From the NCBI GenBank assembly GCA_963664435.2, contig CAXXKM010000001.1:800001-864000 (forward strand): DNA of 64,000 nt, read 5' to 3'. This document shows, piece by piece, positions 1-10,096 of the stretch. The notes beneath the pieces are model-generated. The model saw only the letters and a program-made list of their open reading frames with translations. It was not told where the DNA came from and searched no databases. This DNA is from Longimicrobiales bacterium (GTDB lineage: Bacteria; Gemmatimonadota; Gemmatimonadetes; Longimicrobiales; Gaopeijiaceae). The translations under genes were made by a program, and so were the position numbers. How positions within the stretch are numbered: position 1 is the stretch's first letter; every line of letters begins with the position of its first letter.

Positions 1-31
1 CCCCGCGCTGATCCTGGGCCGAACCGAAGGC

Positions 32-448
32 GTGGCGATGCTCCACCCGGACATCGGTCTCGCGCGCTGGCTGGGCGCCGGGCTAGCGGGCTTCGGCATC
101 TACCTCTATCTGTGGTCGGCGGTGCAGTTGCTGCGTCGCCGGACGTCCGCCGTCCCCGGGAAGACCGCCGCCGCGCTCCTCACACATGGCTGGTACGGGC
201 GCACCCGTCATCCGCTCTTGCTGGGCGTGGTCGCCATTCTGTTCGGGGAGACCGTCTTCTTCTCGTCGCTGGCCCTGCTCGGCTATGCGCTGGCGTACTG
301 GCTGTGGCTCACCGTGTTCGTGACCGTGAGGGAGGAGCCGGACCTGCGTCGGACCTTCGGTGCGGACTATGATGCGTATTGCCGGGAGGTGCCGCGCTGG
401 ATTCCGAGGGGGGGAGCGCGGCCGGCCTCCGCCTCTTCTTCGACTTGA
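32..448 (+). CDS. Isoprenylcysteine carboxyl methyltransferase (ICMT/PEMT) family membrane protein, probably 5'-truncated by the window edge
   Basis: L..HGWYGRTRHPL, EEPDL..TFGADYDAYCREVPRWIP motifs; hydrophobic segments. Confidence 0.8.
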   Translation: MAMLHPDIGLARWLGAGLAGFGIYLYLWSAVQLLRRRTSAVPGKTAAALLTHGWYGRTRHPLLLGVVAILFGETVFFSSLALLGYALAYWLWLTVFVTVREEPDLRRTFGADYDAYCREVPRWIPRGGARPASASSST

Positions 449-511
449 CCGCAGCGTGTCGATTCCGGATGCTGCCCGGATGATCGCACCCTCCCTTCCC
501 GGAGAGCCTCC

Positions 512-1093
512 TTGCCCACACTGCCCGTGACCATTTGGCGCACCCGCTTCGAGCGCCTGCTCGAGGCCATCGTGCTCGTGCTCGTCGGGGCGCTGGCCGT
601 GGTCGTCGTGATGGGCGTGGGTTTCCGCAAGTTCGGGGCGGCGCTGGTGTGGTACGACGAGGTGGCGTCGATTCTGCTGGCCTGGCTTACCTACTACGGG
701 GCGGCGCTGGCGGCCCTCAAGCGCGCGCACATCGGGTTTCCCAACCTGGTGCGCCGACTGGGGCGGCCATGGCGGATCCCGGTCGTGGTCGCGGGAGAGG
801 CGGTGGTGATCGCGTTCTTCCTGATCGCGGCGTGGGCGGGGTGGCGGGTGCTGGTCATCCTGGAGGGCTCCGGCATGGTGAGCCTGCCGTGGGTGCCCAC
901 CCGGCTGACCCAGTCGGTCATCCCCATCGGGAGCGTGCTCTTCGTCATCGCGCAGCTGCTGAGCCTGCCGGAGATGCTGCGGGCCGGCGAGGTCGGGTCG
1001 CGCGAGGGAACCGGCGGCGGGTCGCCGGATGCGGGCGGCGGGGGCGCGACGGGCCCGGCGGCGGCTGGAGTCCCGAGCGAGGGCGGCCCGTGA
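512..1093 (+). CDS. dctQ: TRAP transporter small permease
   Basis: Four TM segments, WYDEVA..LLAWLTYYGAALA...AHIG motif; stop overlaps the next start (GTGA). Confidence 0.85.
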   Translation: MPTLPVTIWRTRFERLLEAIVLVLVGALAVVVVMGVGFRKFGAALVWYDEVASILLAWLTYYGAALAALKRAHIGFPNLVRRLGRPWRIPVVVAGEAVVIAFFLIAAWAGWRVLVILEGSGMVSLPWVPTRLTQSVIPIGSVLFVIAQLLSLPEMLRAGEVGSREGTGGGSPDAGGGGATGPAAAGVPSEGGP

Positions 1094-2373
1094 CCCTGCT
1101 GCTGATGTTCCTGGGGATGATCGCGCTGGTGACGATCAACGTGCCCATCGCGGTCGCATTGGGCGTCATCGCGCTGATCGCGATGGTGGTGACCTCGGGC
1201 GCCGCGGCCATCCCCAACGCCGGCCTCGTACTCTTCACGGGCGCCACCTCCTTCCCGCTGATCGCCATCCCGCTCTTCATACTCGCGGGCGCGATCATGA
1301 ACGCAACCGGGATCTCGCGCCGCCTGATCGCCTTCGCCTCCGCGCTTTTCGGCGCCATCCGCGGCGGGCTGGCGATGGTGTCCATCTCGGCGTCCCTCTT
1401 CTTCGCCGAGATCTCCGGCTCCGCGGTGGCGGACGTGGCCGCGCTCGGATCGATCCTGATCCCGGCGATGAAAAAGCGCGGCTACTCGACTCCGTTCGCG
1501 GCCGCGGTCACCTCCTCCTCGGCGACGCTCGCGGTCATCATCCCGCCCTCCATCCCCATGATCATCTACGGGGTGATGTCGGAGAGCTCCATCGTCGAGT
1601 TGTTCGTGGCCGGGGTCATCCCCGGCGTCGTCGGCGGCATCCTGCTGATGGCGGTGGCGTACGCGCTGGCGCTGCGGAACGGCTTCCCGGTCGAGCACGC
1701 CTTCCAGCTGCGCCGCGTATGGACCACCTTCCGCGACGCCGGCTGGGCGCTCCTCCTCCCCGTGATCATCCTCGGCGGCATCTTCACCGGGTGGGTCACC
1801 GCCACGGAAGGGGCCGGGCTGGCGGTGGTGGCCGCGCTGGTGGTGGGCGGGCTCATCTACCGGGAAATCGACCTGGCCGCGCTGCGCCGGGCCGCCCTCG
1901 ACGGCGGCGTGCAGACCGCCGTGGTCATGCTGCTGGTGGCCACCTCGGCGCTGCTGGGCGACTACCTCACCGAGGCCCAGGTCCCGCAGCGGGTGGCCGA
2001 CAGCATCATCGGCATCACCGAGTCGCGCTGGGCCATCCTCGCGCTGCTGAACGTCTTCTTCCTGGCGATCGGGCTCTTCCTGCACTCCGCCGCGGCCATC
2101 ATCCTGGTGGTGCCCGTGGTGATGCCGCTGGTGCACGCGGCGGGGATCGATCCGGTGCACTTCGGCCTGGTGGTGACCCTCAACCTGGGGATCGGGCAGC
2201 AGACGCCCCCGGTGGCCAGCGTGCTGGTGACGGCGTGCTCGGTGGCCAAGGCCGACATCTGGGACGTCAGCAAGGTGAACGTCTACTTCGTGGCGGTGCT
2301 GCTGGCGGTGCTGGTGATGGTCACCTACCTCCCCGCCGTGCCCATGAGCCTGGTGGAGCTCTTCTACCGGTAG
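1090..2373 (+). CDS. dctM: TRAP transporter large permease
   Basis: SFPLIAIPLFILAG, ISGSAVAD, IIPPSIPMIIY, GIDPVHFG, TPPV motifs; GTG start at 1090. Confidence 0.93.
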   Translation: MTLLLMFLGMIALVTINVPIAVALGVIALIAMVVTSGAAAIPNAGLVLFTGATSFPLIAIPLFILAGAIMNATGISRRLIAFASALFGAIRGGLAMVSISASLFFAEISGSAVADVAALGSILIPAMKKRGYSTPFAAAVTSSSATLAVIIPPSIPMIIYGVMSESSIVELFVAGVIPGVVGGILLMAVAYALALRNGFPVEHAFQLRRVWTTFRDAGWALLLPVIILGGIFTGWVTATEGAGLAVVAALVVGGLIYREIDLAALRRAALDGGVQTAVVMLLVATSALLGDYLTEAQVPQRVADSIIGITESRWAILALLNVFFLAIGLFLHSAAAIILVVPVVMPLVHAAGIDPVHFGLVVTLNLGIGQQTPPVASVLVTACSVAKADIWDVSKVNVYFVAVLLAVLVMVTYLPAVPMSLVELFYR

Positions 2374-2439
2374 CGGAAGTGCTCACGTCTGCCATTTTGT
2401 CAGGTGGCAACCGGTGAGTCTGTTAAAGGAGGGAACGAC

Positions 2440-2619
2440 ATGAAGATCCTGAAGTCCTGGTGGCCGGTGTTCATCCTCGGAGCAATTGCTTCCTCCGGCG
2501 GCCTGCTCAACTGGTTCTGGGACCGGATCCCACCCGACGTGACGTTGGCCATCGCCGGGATCGGACTGGTCTGCGTGGTGCGGGGAATCGGCACGCGTTT
2601 GTTCCCGGGAGAGGACTGA
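2440..2619 (+). CDS. Small hypothetical membrane protein (59 aa, about 2 TM)
   Basis: Strong RBS AAAGGAGG upstream of the ATG; two hydrophobic stretches. Confidence 0.6.
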   Translation: MKILKSWWPVFILGAIASSGGLLNWFWDRIPPDVTLAIAGIGLVCVVRGIGTRLFPGED

Positions 2620-2655
2620 ACCTTCGGGATCAGCCGGAATGGCGGACACGTCCTC

Positions 2656-3420
2656 TCAGATGGCCTGCTCGCGTACGATGCGCCGCACCCCCTCCTCGAG
2701 CCGCGCCAGGTAGTCGTCGAGGTGCTCCGCCGCGATGGGGTTGCCATGGATGGGCGCTACCCAGGACACGTCACGCGCTTCGACCATCTCCCGCAGCACC
2801 CCCATGAGCACTGCCGGATCCGCGTAGCGAAGCCAGATCAGCGTGTCGCGGTGGAAGGTGTAGATCTCCTCGCTCCGGAAGCCTTCCGGCAGCTGGCGCG
2901 AGGTCAGCCCCGTTTCGTCGTCGGCGTGGTGATAGCCGAAGCCGTCCGCGACGAAGAGCACGCGCGAGGCCCGGTCGTACATCCACGAGGTGTGGGAGCG
3001 GTCCGCGAGCGGCGGGTCGATGAAGTCGATCTCCCGTCCGGCCACTTCCAGGCTCCCCCCGATCCGGCTGCGGCGGGCATACGGAAGCCCCTGGATCTCC
3101 GGCTCACCGGACGAGGCCACGATCTCGAAATCGCCCCACCGGCGCCGGAACGCGGGAATGTTGCCGGAGTGCGGATAGTCGGAGTGGGACAGCACCAGCG
3201 AATGGATGCCTTCCCCGGCGGTGGCGCGCGAGATGCGGCGCACGAGGCTCTCGCGATGATAGAACGAGCCCGAATCGATGAGGATGTTCTTCTCCGCCGC
3301 GCGGATCAGGAACACGCTCACGTGGACGTTCCGCCCCGCGCCGAGCGGATAGTTCTCGGCGATCCAGGAGACGTCTCGCGTGAGCGCCACCTCCGGACCC
3401 GCGCCCGGCGCCGTGGCCAT
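2656..3420 (-). CDS. MBL-fold metallo-protein (FprA/ODP-like di-iron domain)
   Basis: ILIDSG, LSHSDYPHSG, LFVADGFG, VAPIHG motifs; start placed at MATAPG. Confidence 0.8.
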   Translation of the reverse strand: MATAPGAGPEVALTRDVSWIAENYPLGAGRNVHVSVFLIRAAEKNILIDSGSFYHRESLVRRISRATAGEGIHSLVLSHSDYPHSGNIPAFRRRWGDFEIVASSGEPEIQGLPYARRSRIGGSLEVAGREIDFIDPPLADRSHTSWMYDRASRVLFVADGFGYHHADDETGLTSRQLPEGFRSEEIYTFHRDTLIWLRYADPAVLMGVLREMVEARDVSWVAPIHGNPIAAEHLDDYLARLEEGVRRIVREQAI

Positions 3421-3476
3421 CGCCTGCTCCCGCGCCACGGAACTCTCGGCACGCCCGCCCGACCCCGCTACCCCGC

Positions 3477-4280
3477 TCACAACACCCCCGTCCGGCCACC
3501 GGTCGCCACCCGCTCCACGACCTCCTTCATCATCTCGAAGTAGCGCGGCACGTCGGCGCGAATCACGGGCCCGTGCGCGGAGGCGATCATCGCCGGGCGA
3601 TACCTCGCCAGCACCAGATCGATTTCCTTCTGCGTGCGCGCCACATCCACATACCGCATCCAGAACATGACCCGCCCGTGGAACTCTGCGTAGCGGTCCA
3701 CGTCCACGGGAGAGGAGAACTCGTCCGCGAACAGAAGCCCTTCCCCGTCCATCAGCGGCAGCCCCATCCAGTCGACCGGCAGGAGCATCCCCGAGGTCTC
3801 CTCGGTCATCCACATCGACATCGCCGCGTCCAGGAAGGCGGCGTCATGGAAGTGCAGCCGCTGCCCGCCCAGGTCGAGCGAGTCACCGGGGCCCACCTTG
3901 TGCGCGTCTTCCAGGTGATAGAGCTCGTGCGTCCTTCCGAAGCGGGGCGCAACCAGCGTCGCCCCGGGATGGCGCTCCAGGATGCGGAAGGTGTTGCCCG
4001 CGTGGGGAACGTCAGGGTGCGAGAGCGCCAGATAGTCGAGCGCGCGACCGTCCAGCACGGTCTCCAGGTCCGCGAGCATCTGCTCTGCCGCGGCCGGCGA
4101 CAAGGTGTCGAAGAGGAGCGTCCGCTCCCCTGCGAAAAGGAAGGCGTTCTGCGGGACGTGGATCTCGCGCCCGGGGCGATACCAGTGGGCTCCGCGATCG
4201 ACCAGGGACTTCGCGATCCCCGGCCGATCCGGCCCGAACTCCTGAATCCAGTGGATGCCGGGATGAATTTCTCTGGGCAT
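3477..4280 (-). CDS. MBL-fold metallo-protein (FprA/ODP-like di-iron domain), paralogue of the downstream gene
   Basis: LLFDT, LSHPDVPHAG, IASAHGPV motifs. Confidence 0.8.
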   Translation of the reverse strand: MPREIHPGIHWIQEFGPDRPGIAKSLVDRGAHWYRPGREIHVPQNAFLFAGERTLLFDTLSPAAAEQMLADLETVLDGRALDYLALSHPDVPHAGNTFRILERHPGATLVAPRFGRTHELYHLEDAHKVGPGDSLDLGGQRLHFHDAAFLDAAMSMWMTEETSGMLLPVDWMGLPLMDGEGLLFADEFSSPVDVDRYAEFHGRVMFWMRYVDVARTQKEIDLVLARYRPAMIASAHGPVIRADVPRYFEMMKEVVERVATGGRTGVL

Positions 4281-4387
4281 GGCGCGTGTCGAGGAGGATG
4301 ACGCCTCTCCCATGAGAGGCACCCGAAGGTGCAATTGCACGAGCGCCGGCGCCAGAGGTGCGCCGGGTCCGGCCCGTCGCGGGGGCT

Positions 4388-5803
4388 TCAGGCCGCCTCA
4401 TCCTCCGCTCCGGTGGCCGGAATCCTCGCAATCAGCAGCGTGCACATGGCCGCCAGGATCAGAGAGGCCGCGGCCGGGAATCCGCCTCGCGATGCATCGC
4501 CGACCGGGGCAGCCGGCTCGAAGGCGGGCACCTGCTCCCAGTTCACCTGAGGGATCGCCGCGGCCGAGAACAGTGCCGGCTGGAAATGGGCCTTGAGGCG
4601 CTCGTGGTAGCGCCGGACCGCGTCCTGATAGGCGAGTTGGGCAGGCAGATCGGTGGAGGCGAGACGGTCGAGCGCAATTCGTGTTGCGACCGGCGGCACC
4701 AGCAGGGACCATCGGCCGGCCCAGTCGTCCCGTCGTGTCAGGACATCCCGGTAGGCGCGGGAGGCATCCCGGGCGGCCTGATCGCCCCGGTGATTCATCG
4801 CATAATACCAGGCCCAGGAGAACTCGTCTTCCGGGACGGTCCAGTCGCTCCACTGCGGGTAGTCCTCGAAGAAGGCTTCCATCGTCTCGGACGGCGGAAG
4901 ATCCCACGCCTCGTGATATCCCTGACGTTGGCGCACAGTCAGCTCCAGCGCCTCGGGCACGGGGTGCAGGATGGCGTTCGTCAGGCTCAGGACCGCCGGA
5001 GCCAGGAAGGTGAACGTCACCCACACCCCCACCAGGATCATCGCGTTGGCGGTTGAGGAGCGACGTCCGGCGGCGACGCCCACGCACAGCGCGAACCAGA
5101 AAAGGGTGTGCAGGGCGATCAGCGCGGCCGCCCAGCCCGCGTGGCCATCGCCTTCGATGCCCGTCAGCGATGCCCCGATCACCGCCAGTGACGTTACCAG
5201 GCCCCCAATGAGGATCACGCGCGCGCCGATCTTTGCGGCGACCAGCCGCCGGGGTCGGGCGAAGAGCCGCGCCATGTCCCAGGTGCCGCGCTCACGCTCT
5301 CCCGAAACGATGTCGTAGGTGACGGCAATGACGAAGAGGGGAAGCAGGGCGATGAGGATGAAGCTCAGATCGAGGCGCCCCGCGGCTGCGAGGCGCGGAT
5401 TCAGCGTCTCCTGCTCGTAGAGCTGTCCTTCGAGGGCCAGCAGCCTGATGCGCAGGCTGGCCGTCTCGACCTCCGCCCTGCCGCTTGCGAGCACCGACAG
5501 TCGGGATGGCGGCTGTGGTGCAGGAATGGCCAGGTAATACAACAACTCGCCCGCCTCGGTCGTCGGGGGATAGCGGGACATGAGATGGGCGAGCTGATCC
5601 CGGTAGGCGGTTTCGGCCGCTGCCGCGGCGGCCTCGGCCGTCTGGATTCTCAGGTTGCCCTGCCAGCTCGCATGGATGCCGAGCGCCAGCAGGAGAGCCG
5701 CCGCAACCGTTACGCCGCCGGAGCGGATCACCCGGGCGAGTTCAAGCCGAATGAGACGTACCCACGCTCTCGCGCTTTCAGACCCCACCTTGCCGGCTCT
5801 CAT
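4388..5803 (-). CDS. ABC-2 type permease, DUF3526 family
   Basis: NPRL..AGRLDLSFILIALLPL, DIVSGERERGTW; occupies the 3' part of ORF 4388..7459. Confidence 0.8.
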   Translation of the reverse strand: MRAGKVGSESARAWVRLIRLELARVIRSGGVTVAAALLLALGIHASWQGNLRIQTAEAAAAAAETAYRDQLAHLMSRYPPTTEAGELLYYLAIPAPQPPSRLSVLASGRAEVETASLRIRLLALEGQLYEQETLNPRLAAAGRLDLSFILIALLPLFVIAVTYDIVSGERERGTWDMARLFARPRRLVAAKIGARVILIGGLVTSLAVIGASLTGIEGDGHAGWAAALIALHTLFWFALCVGVAAGRRSSTANAMILVGVWVTFTFLAPAVLSLTNAILHPVPEALELTVRQRQGYHEAWDLPPSETMEAFFEDYPQWSDWTVPEDEFSWAWYYAMNHRGDQAARDASRAYRDVLTRRDDWAGRWSLLVPPVATRIALDRLASTDLPAQLAYQDAVRRYHERLKAHFQPALFSAAAIPQVNWEQVPAFEPAAPVGDASRGGFPAAASLILAAMCTLLIARIPATGAEDEAA

Positions 5804-7231
5804 TTCGAGGGGCGGTCCACGCCCACGCGCGGCAGCCGCTTGCGACCCAGACCGAGGCCCGCGAGAGGAAGGGCGATCCACAGCCCCAGCGCGGCCAGCG
5901 AAAGAGGACGGTCGGCCAGGACCCGGCGGAGCGAGGGCGGGTCCGGCCGAAACACCGGGAACTGTGTCCAGCGCTCGCGCGCAATGCGCTGAGCGCGGTC
6001 GTTCTCGAAGTGGATCTCGTGGATGTGCAGGTCGTTCAGCCGCTGGATCATGTCGTAGCGATGGGCCTCGGCCTCGGCGCGGAACGCCTCCACAGCTTCC
6101 GGCCCGCTTCCCGCCGCCGCCATCGACAAGTCCCGCACCGCCAAATGGGGAGAGAGCAGCCCCAGCCACGCCATGACCCGGTCCTGCCTGCGATGAACGG
6201 CGAGCAGCTGTTGCTGATGCTCCTCGTTGATCCGGCTGGTGACCGCCTCTCCCTCGCGGCTTACCACTCCTGCCCAGTTGATCGGAAGCTCCTCGACCGA
6301 CGCCACCTGGTAGCGCGCCAGGTATTCGTCGCGCAGTGCACGGAAGAAGGGATCGTCCGGGTTGTGGCTGTCCCCCACCTGCCTCTGTGCTTCCTCCACC
6401 TCGGCGGTGAACTGGGAGCGCGACGGCAGGGGATGAAGCGCGGCCGCAAGGGAGGCGCCGAGGCGCGGGGCGGCAACGCACAGCACGACCCAGATGGCGA
6501 CGAGCTGGGCGAGAGCGGCCCGGGAAGAGGCTCTGCGCGACGAGACCCACACGGTAAGCAGAACCCACCCTGCCAGGTATGCCGCGTAGGTGGCCGCAAG
6601 CGCCAGCATCCGCGGGATCGAGGCCTGGTCCAGACCTTCGACGGTGACGAATGCGGCCGCGACCAGCCCGATCGGAAGGGCCGCCGCGAGGGCCGCGGCT
6701 CCGACGCCCAGCACCTTCCCCGCCATGATCTGCGCGGGAGTCGCGCCCTGGGCCAATAGTAGCGGAAGAGTCCCCTTTTCCCTCTCGCCGCTTACCGATG
6801 CGAATCCTGCGGCCACCACCAGCAACGGCACGAGCAGCCCCAGCACGGCGGCGCCCGAAACTCAGCATTGCAGTCGCGTGTCGCGCATCGCCGAAGCTGG
6901 CGCTGTTCTGCCGGTGCCCCTCCAGGTAGAGCGACGTCCCCGCGTAGGCGCCGACGCCCGGGTCGAAGAACGCCAGCGGTGCCTCTTCGCGGAAGACCAG
7001 GAACCCGTAGTGGATCACCCGGTGCGGATGCCGGTCCGGCTGCTCCGCCCACTGGCGATCGACCAGCGCCTGATAGCGGGCACGCTGTTCCGTCTCGCTC
7101 GCCGCGTGATGCCGGGCTCCGAGGACGGAGACGACACCCAGCGCGACGACGAGCCCCAGGAGGAACACGACGTAGCGATCCTCGCGCATCGCGCCAACCT
7201 GCCGCCGTGCGATCAACAGGACGTTGCTCAT
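5800..7231 (-). pseudogene. ABC-2 type permease, DUF3526 family, frameshifted near 6853
   Basis: N-terminal part (MSNVLLIARR..QPDRHPHRVIHYG..LEGHRQN..SFG) and C-terminal part (AAVLGLLVPLL..SGEREKGTL) are in different frames; about 11 nt are missing relative to paralogue 8681..10087. Confidence 0.75.
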
Positions 7232-7248
7232 CGTTGGGCGGGGCCCGT

Positions 7249-8679
7249 TCAGTCCGCTCCCCGCACCCGGCCGAGCCCCACCCCCGCGCCCGCGCCCGCC
7301 AGCAGGAGAAGTCCGCCCAGGACCGTGAGCGGAACACCCGCACGGCGTGTGACGTCGGTGGATTCCTCGTCCGCGAGACGGAACCTGGGCAGGTCGGGAA
7401 GGACGCTGGCGTCCATTTGCTCGCTGGCGAGGATTGCGGGCACGAAGAACTCCCGCCATTGCTCGGCGAACGCGCGCACCTGCGACTGGAAGCGGGCGAA
7501 ACGCGCGTCGCCCGTTCCCGCGGCGTCGATGAGCACCTCCTGCGCCAGGAGCGCCGGCGACAGGAATCGGTAACGGCGCACCAGCGCGATCTGCTCGGCG
7601 CGGCGTGCATCGTGTTCTCCCGTCACTTCCTCAAGGCGGCGGTTCACGGCGTCCGTGGCGGCCCAGGCGAGCGCGCCCAGGCCGGGCTCGTCGGCCACCA
7701 CGCCGCCCGCCATCTCCGGATGGTCCTCCAGATAGCGGGCGAGGAGTTCGCTGCGTTGGTTCACGGCGTCGTTGGAGGCCTCGCGCTGGGCGGTGACCAT
7801 CTGAACGCGGGAGGGCAGCGGGTGCAGCAGGCCCGACGCGATGTTGATGGCGGCCGGCAGCACCACCACCAGAACCAGCCACGCGCCCACCAGCACGGTG
7901 GCGTTCCACGCGGAGGATCGCCGCAGGGTGTTCACCCACGCCGCGAGCACGAACCAGAAGAGCGCGTAGGTGACCACCGTGGCGCACCAGAGAAGCACCT
8001 GGCCAGGCGAACCGAAGCCCCCCGTGACCAGAATGCCGAGCAGCGAGGCCGCCAGCACCATGCCCACGACCAGCAGTGCCCGGAAGGCCAGCTTCGCGGT
8101 CACGACGCTGCGGGCCGACACGGGCTGCGAGAGTGTCAGGGCCAGGGTTCCCTGCTCGCGCTCCTCGGACAGAACGTTGTAGCTGAGCGCCAAGACCAGG
8201 AGCGGCAGAAGGTAGATCACCACGAACGCCAGGTCGAAGCGCCCGACCATCAGGTTGAGGGGATTCTCGACCTCGCCGTTCTGGTGGAAGGACGACTCGT
8301 TGGTGTAGATGTTGACGTCGTAGTAGTACGGCAGGAGATCGCTCTGACCGACCGCGAGAGCCGTCAAGGGACCCGGTTCGAGCACCGCGGTGTGGCTGCC
8401 GCGGGCCCCACCCAGCACGTTGGGAGCGCGGGGATCGGCGAAGCGCGACGCCGGCTCGGCGCCGTTCTCGATGGCGGCCAGTTCCTGCTCGATGGCACGG
8501 ACGCGCTCGACGTTGTCGGTCTGCACGGCCTCCACCGTGCGCTCCTGAAACCGCATCCAGACGACGCCGTTGGCCAGCGCGTAGACGAGAAGGACGGCGA
8601 AGAGCCCAAGCACGATGCGGAGCGCCCGATCGGCCATGAGCAGACGCCATTCGTTCCGGAGGACGGTGCGCGCGGTCAT
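7249..8679 (-). CDS. ABC-2 type permease, DUF3526 family
   Basis: LAVGQSDLLP, NPLNLMVGRFDLAFV, SEEREQGTL. Confidence 0.85.
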   Translation of the reverse strand: MTARTVLRNEWRLLMADRALRIVLGLFAVLLVYALANGVVWMRFQERTVEAVQTDNVERVRAIEQELAAIENGAEPASRFADPRAPNVLGGARGSHTAVLEPGPLTALAVGQSDLLPYYYDVNIYTNESSFHQNGEVENPLNLMVGRFDLAFVVIYLLPLLVLALSYNVLSEEREQGTLALTLSQPVSARSVVTAKLAFRALLVVGMVLAASLLGILVTGGFGSPGQVLLWCATVVTYALFWFVLAAWVNTLRRSSAWNATVLVGAWLVLVVVLPAAINIASGLLHPLPSRVQMVTAQREASNDAVNQRSELLARYLEDHPEMAGGVVADEPGLGALAWAATDAVNRRLEEVTGEHDARRAEQIALVRRYRFLSPALLAQEVLIDAAGTGDARFARFQSQVRAFAEQWREFFVPAILASEQMDASVLPDLPRFRLADEESTDVTRRAGVPLTVLGGLLLLAGAGAGVGLGRVRGAD

Positions 8680-8680
8680 G

Positions 8681-10087
8681 CTAACCCACCTCCGCGCGCC
8701 GTACCCGCGCCACGGCCGCCAGGATGGTCCCGACCAGCCACGTCCCCAGAACCAGGATCGACAGGATGCGGTTGCCCAGCACCCAGCCCAGCGTCGGGGC
8801 GGCGTACTGGAGCGGCGGCGTCTCCTCCCAGAGCTCGGGGCCGGCCAGGTAGACCTCGCCGGTGCGGGAGTTCTCGGCCAGGTCGCCGTTCATCCGCCGC
8901 ATCAGATCCCGGCGGTACGCCTCCGCGGCCGTCGCAAAGTGCCGATGCTGCTCTACATCGGTCCCGGCCAGTCCCATCGACAGCGTGCGCACCGCCAGCA
9001 ACGGCGCCACCACCGCGAGCGTCTCGTGCACGGCGCCCTGGCGCTCGAAGGTGTCCCACAACGCGCCGTAGTTGCGGTCGAAGATCCGATTGCCGAACTC
9101 CTCGCTCTCCTGCAGATAGACAGCCACCGCATTCACGGGCAGATCCTCGACCCGCTCCGCTCCGTGCTCGGCCAGCAGGCGCGCGGTCGACGCGTCCCGG
9201 TCCGCCCGGTGGATGTCCTCCACGCCGGAGGCCATCTCGCGTTCGATGTTGCGGGCGAACTCGATTGCCGACGGCGTCGGGTGCAGCCACTTCGACAGAT
9301 CCACCGCGACACGAGGCGCCACCAGCCCGTTCACCACCCACACGCCGAGCAGGATCACCAGCGCGGTGCGCGCGGTGCGCGCCCAGGCGGACACGGCCAG
9401 GGAGAGCGCCAGGAACGCGGTGAAGTAGGCAAGGTAGACGGCGGCCAGGACGGCACTGCGGGCAATCGGGGATGCCGCGGGACCGGGGCTCCCGACAACC
9501 AGGGCCGCCGCGCCCACCAGTGCCGCCGGAACCAGCAGCAACGCCAGCGCCCCGGCGACGCCCAGCGCCTTTCCCAGAGCCAGCTCTCGCCGGCCGATTC
9601 CGGTGGCCAGCAACTGGCGCAGCGTGCCCCGCTCCCGCTCGCCGGCGAGCGCGCCGAAGGTGAGCAGGATGATGAGCAGGGGCACGAGGTGCTGCAGCAC
9701 CTGCGCCGCCGTCAGTACCCCGATGCGCTGGGCTGCCGTTGCATCCTGCGCCGGGCGCAGAAGGAAGTCGTTCTGCCGGTGCGCCTCGAGCCAGACCGAG
9801 GTGCCGGTGTAGGGATCGACGCCCTCGTCGACAAAGGACAGCGCCAGCCTCGGCTTGAACGCGTACACGCCGTAGTGGGCCGCCGAATGGGGATTCTTCT
9901 CGCCCTGCGACTCCCAGTGGTCGCGGGCGGTGTCCTGCGCCGCTGCGTGCTCCTGCTGCGCGCTGCGTGCCTGAACCCACCCGTGGCCCAGGGAAACCAG
10001 CAGGAGCGCGCCCACCAGGACCGAGCACCAGCGGAAGCGCCCGTCCCGGAGGATGTCCGTGAACTCCTTGCGTACTATGTGCTTCAT
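8681..10087 (-). CDS. ABC-2 type permease, DUF3526 family
   Basis: KNPHSAAHYG, WLEAHRQN, AGERERGTLRQL. Confidence 0.85.
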   Translation of the reverse strand: MKHIVRKEFTDILRDGRFRWCSVLVGALLLVSLGHGWVQARSAQQEHAAAQDTARDHWESQGEKNPHSAAHYGVYAFKPRLALSFVDEGVDPYTGTSVWLEAHRQNDFLLRPAQDATAAQRIGVLTAAQVLQHLVPLLIILLTFGALAGERERGTLRQLLATGIGRRELALGKALGVAGALALLLVPAALVGAAALVVGSPGPAASPIARSAVLAAVYLAYFTAFLALSLAVSAWARTARTALVILLGVWVVNGLVAPRVAVDLSKWLHPTPSAIEFARNIEREMASGVEDIHRADRDASTARLLAEHGAERVEDLPVNAVAVYLQESEEFGNRIFDRNYGALWDTFERQGAVHETLAVVAPLLAVRTLSMGLAGTDVEQHRHFATAAEAYRRDLMRRMNGDLAENSRTGEVYLAGPELWEETPPLQYAAPTLGWVLGNRILSILVLGTWLVGTILAAVARVRRAEVG

Positions 10088-10096
10088 CGTCGTCTC

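Noticed and set aside
512..2373. TRAP system missing its DctP binding protein
   Set aside because: The locus is at the window edge; dctP may lie just upstream or elsewhere in the genome.
4388..7459. 1023-aa ORF as a single fused protein
   Set aside because: It is an artefact of the frameshift at about 6853, joining the N-terminus of one permease through an off-frame stretch to the next permease.
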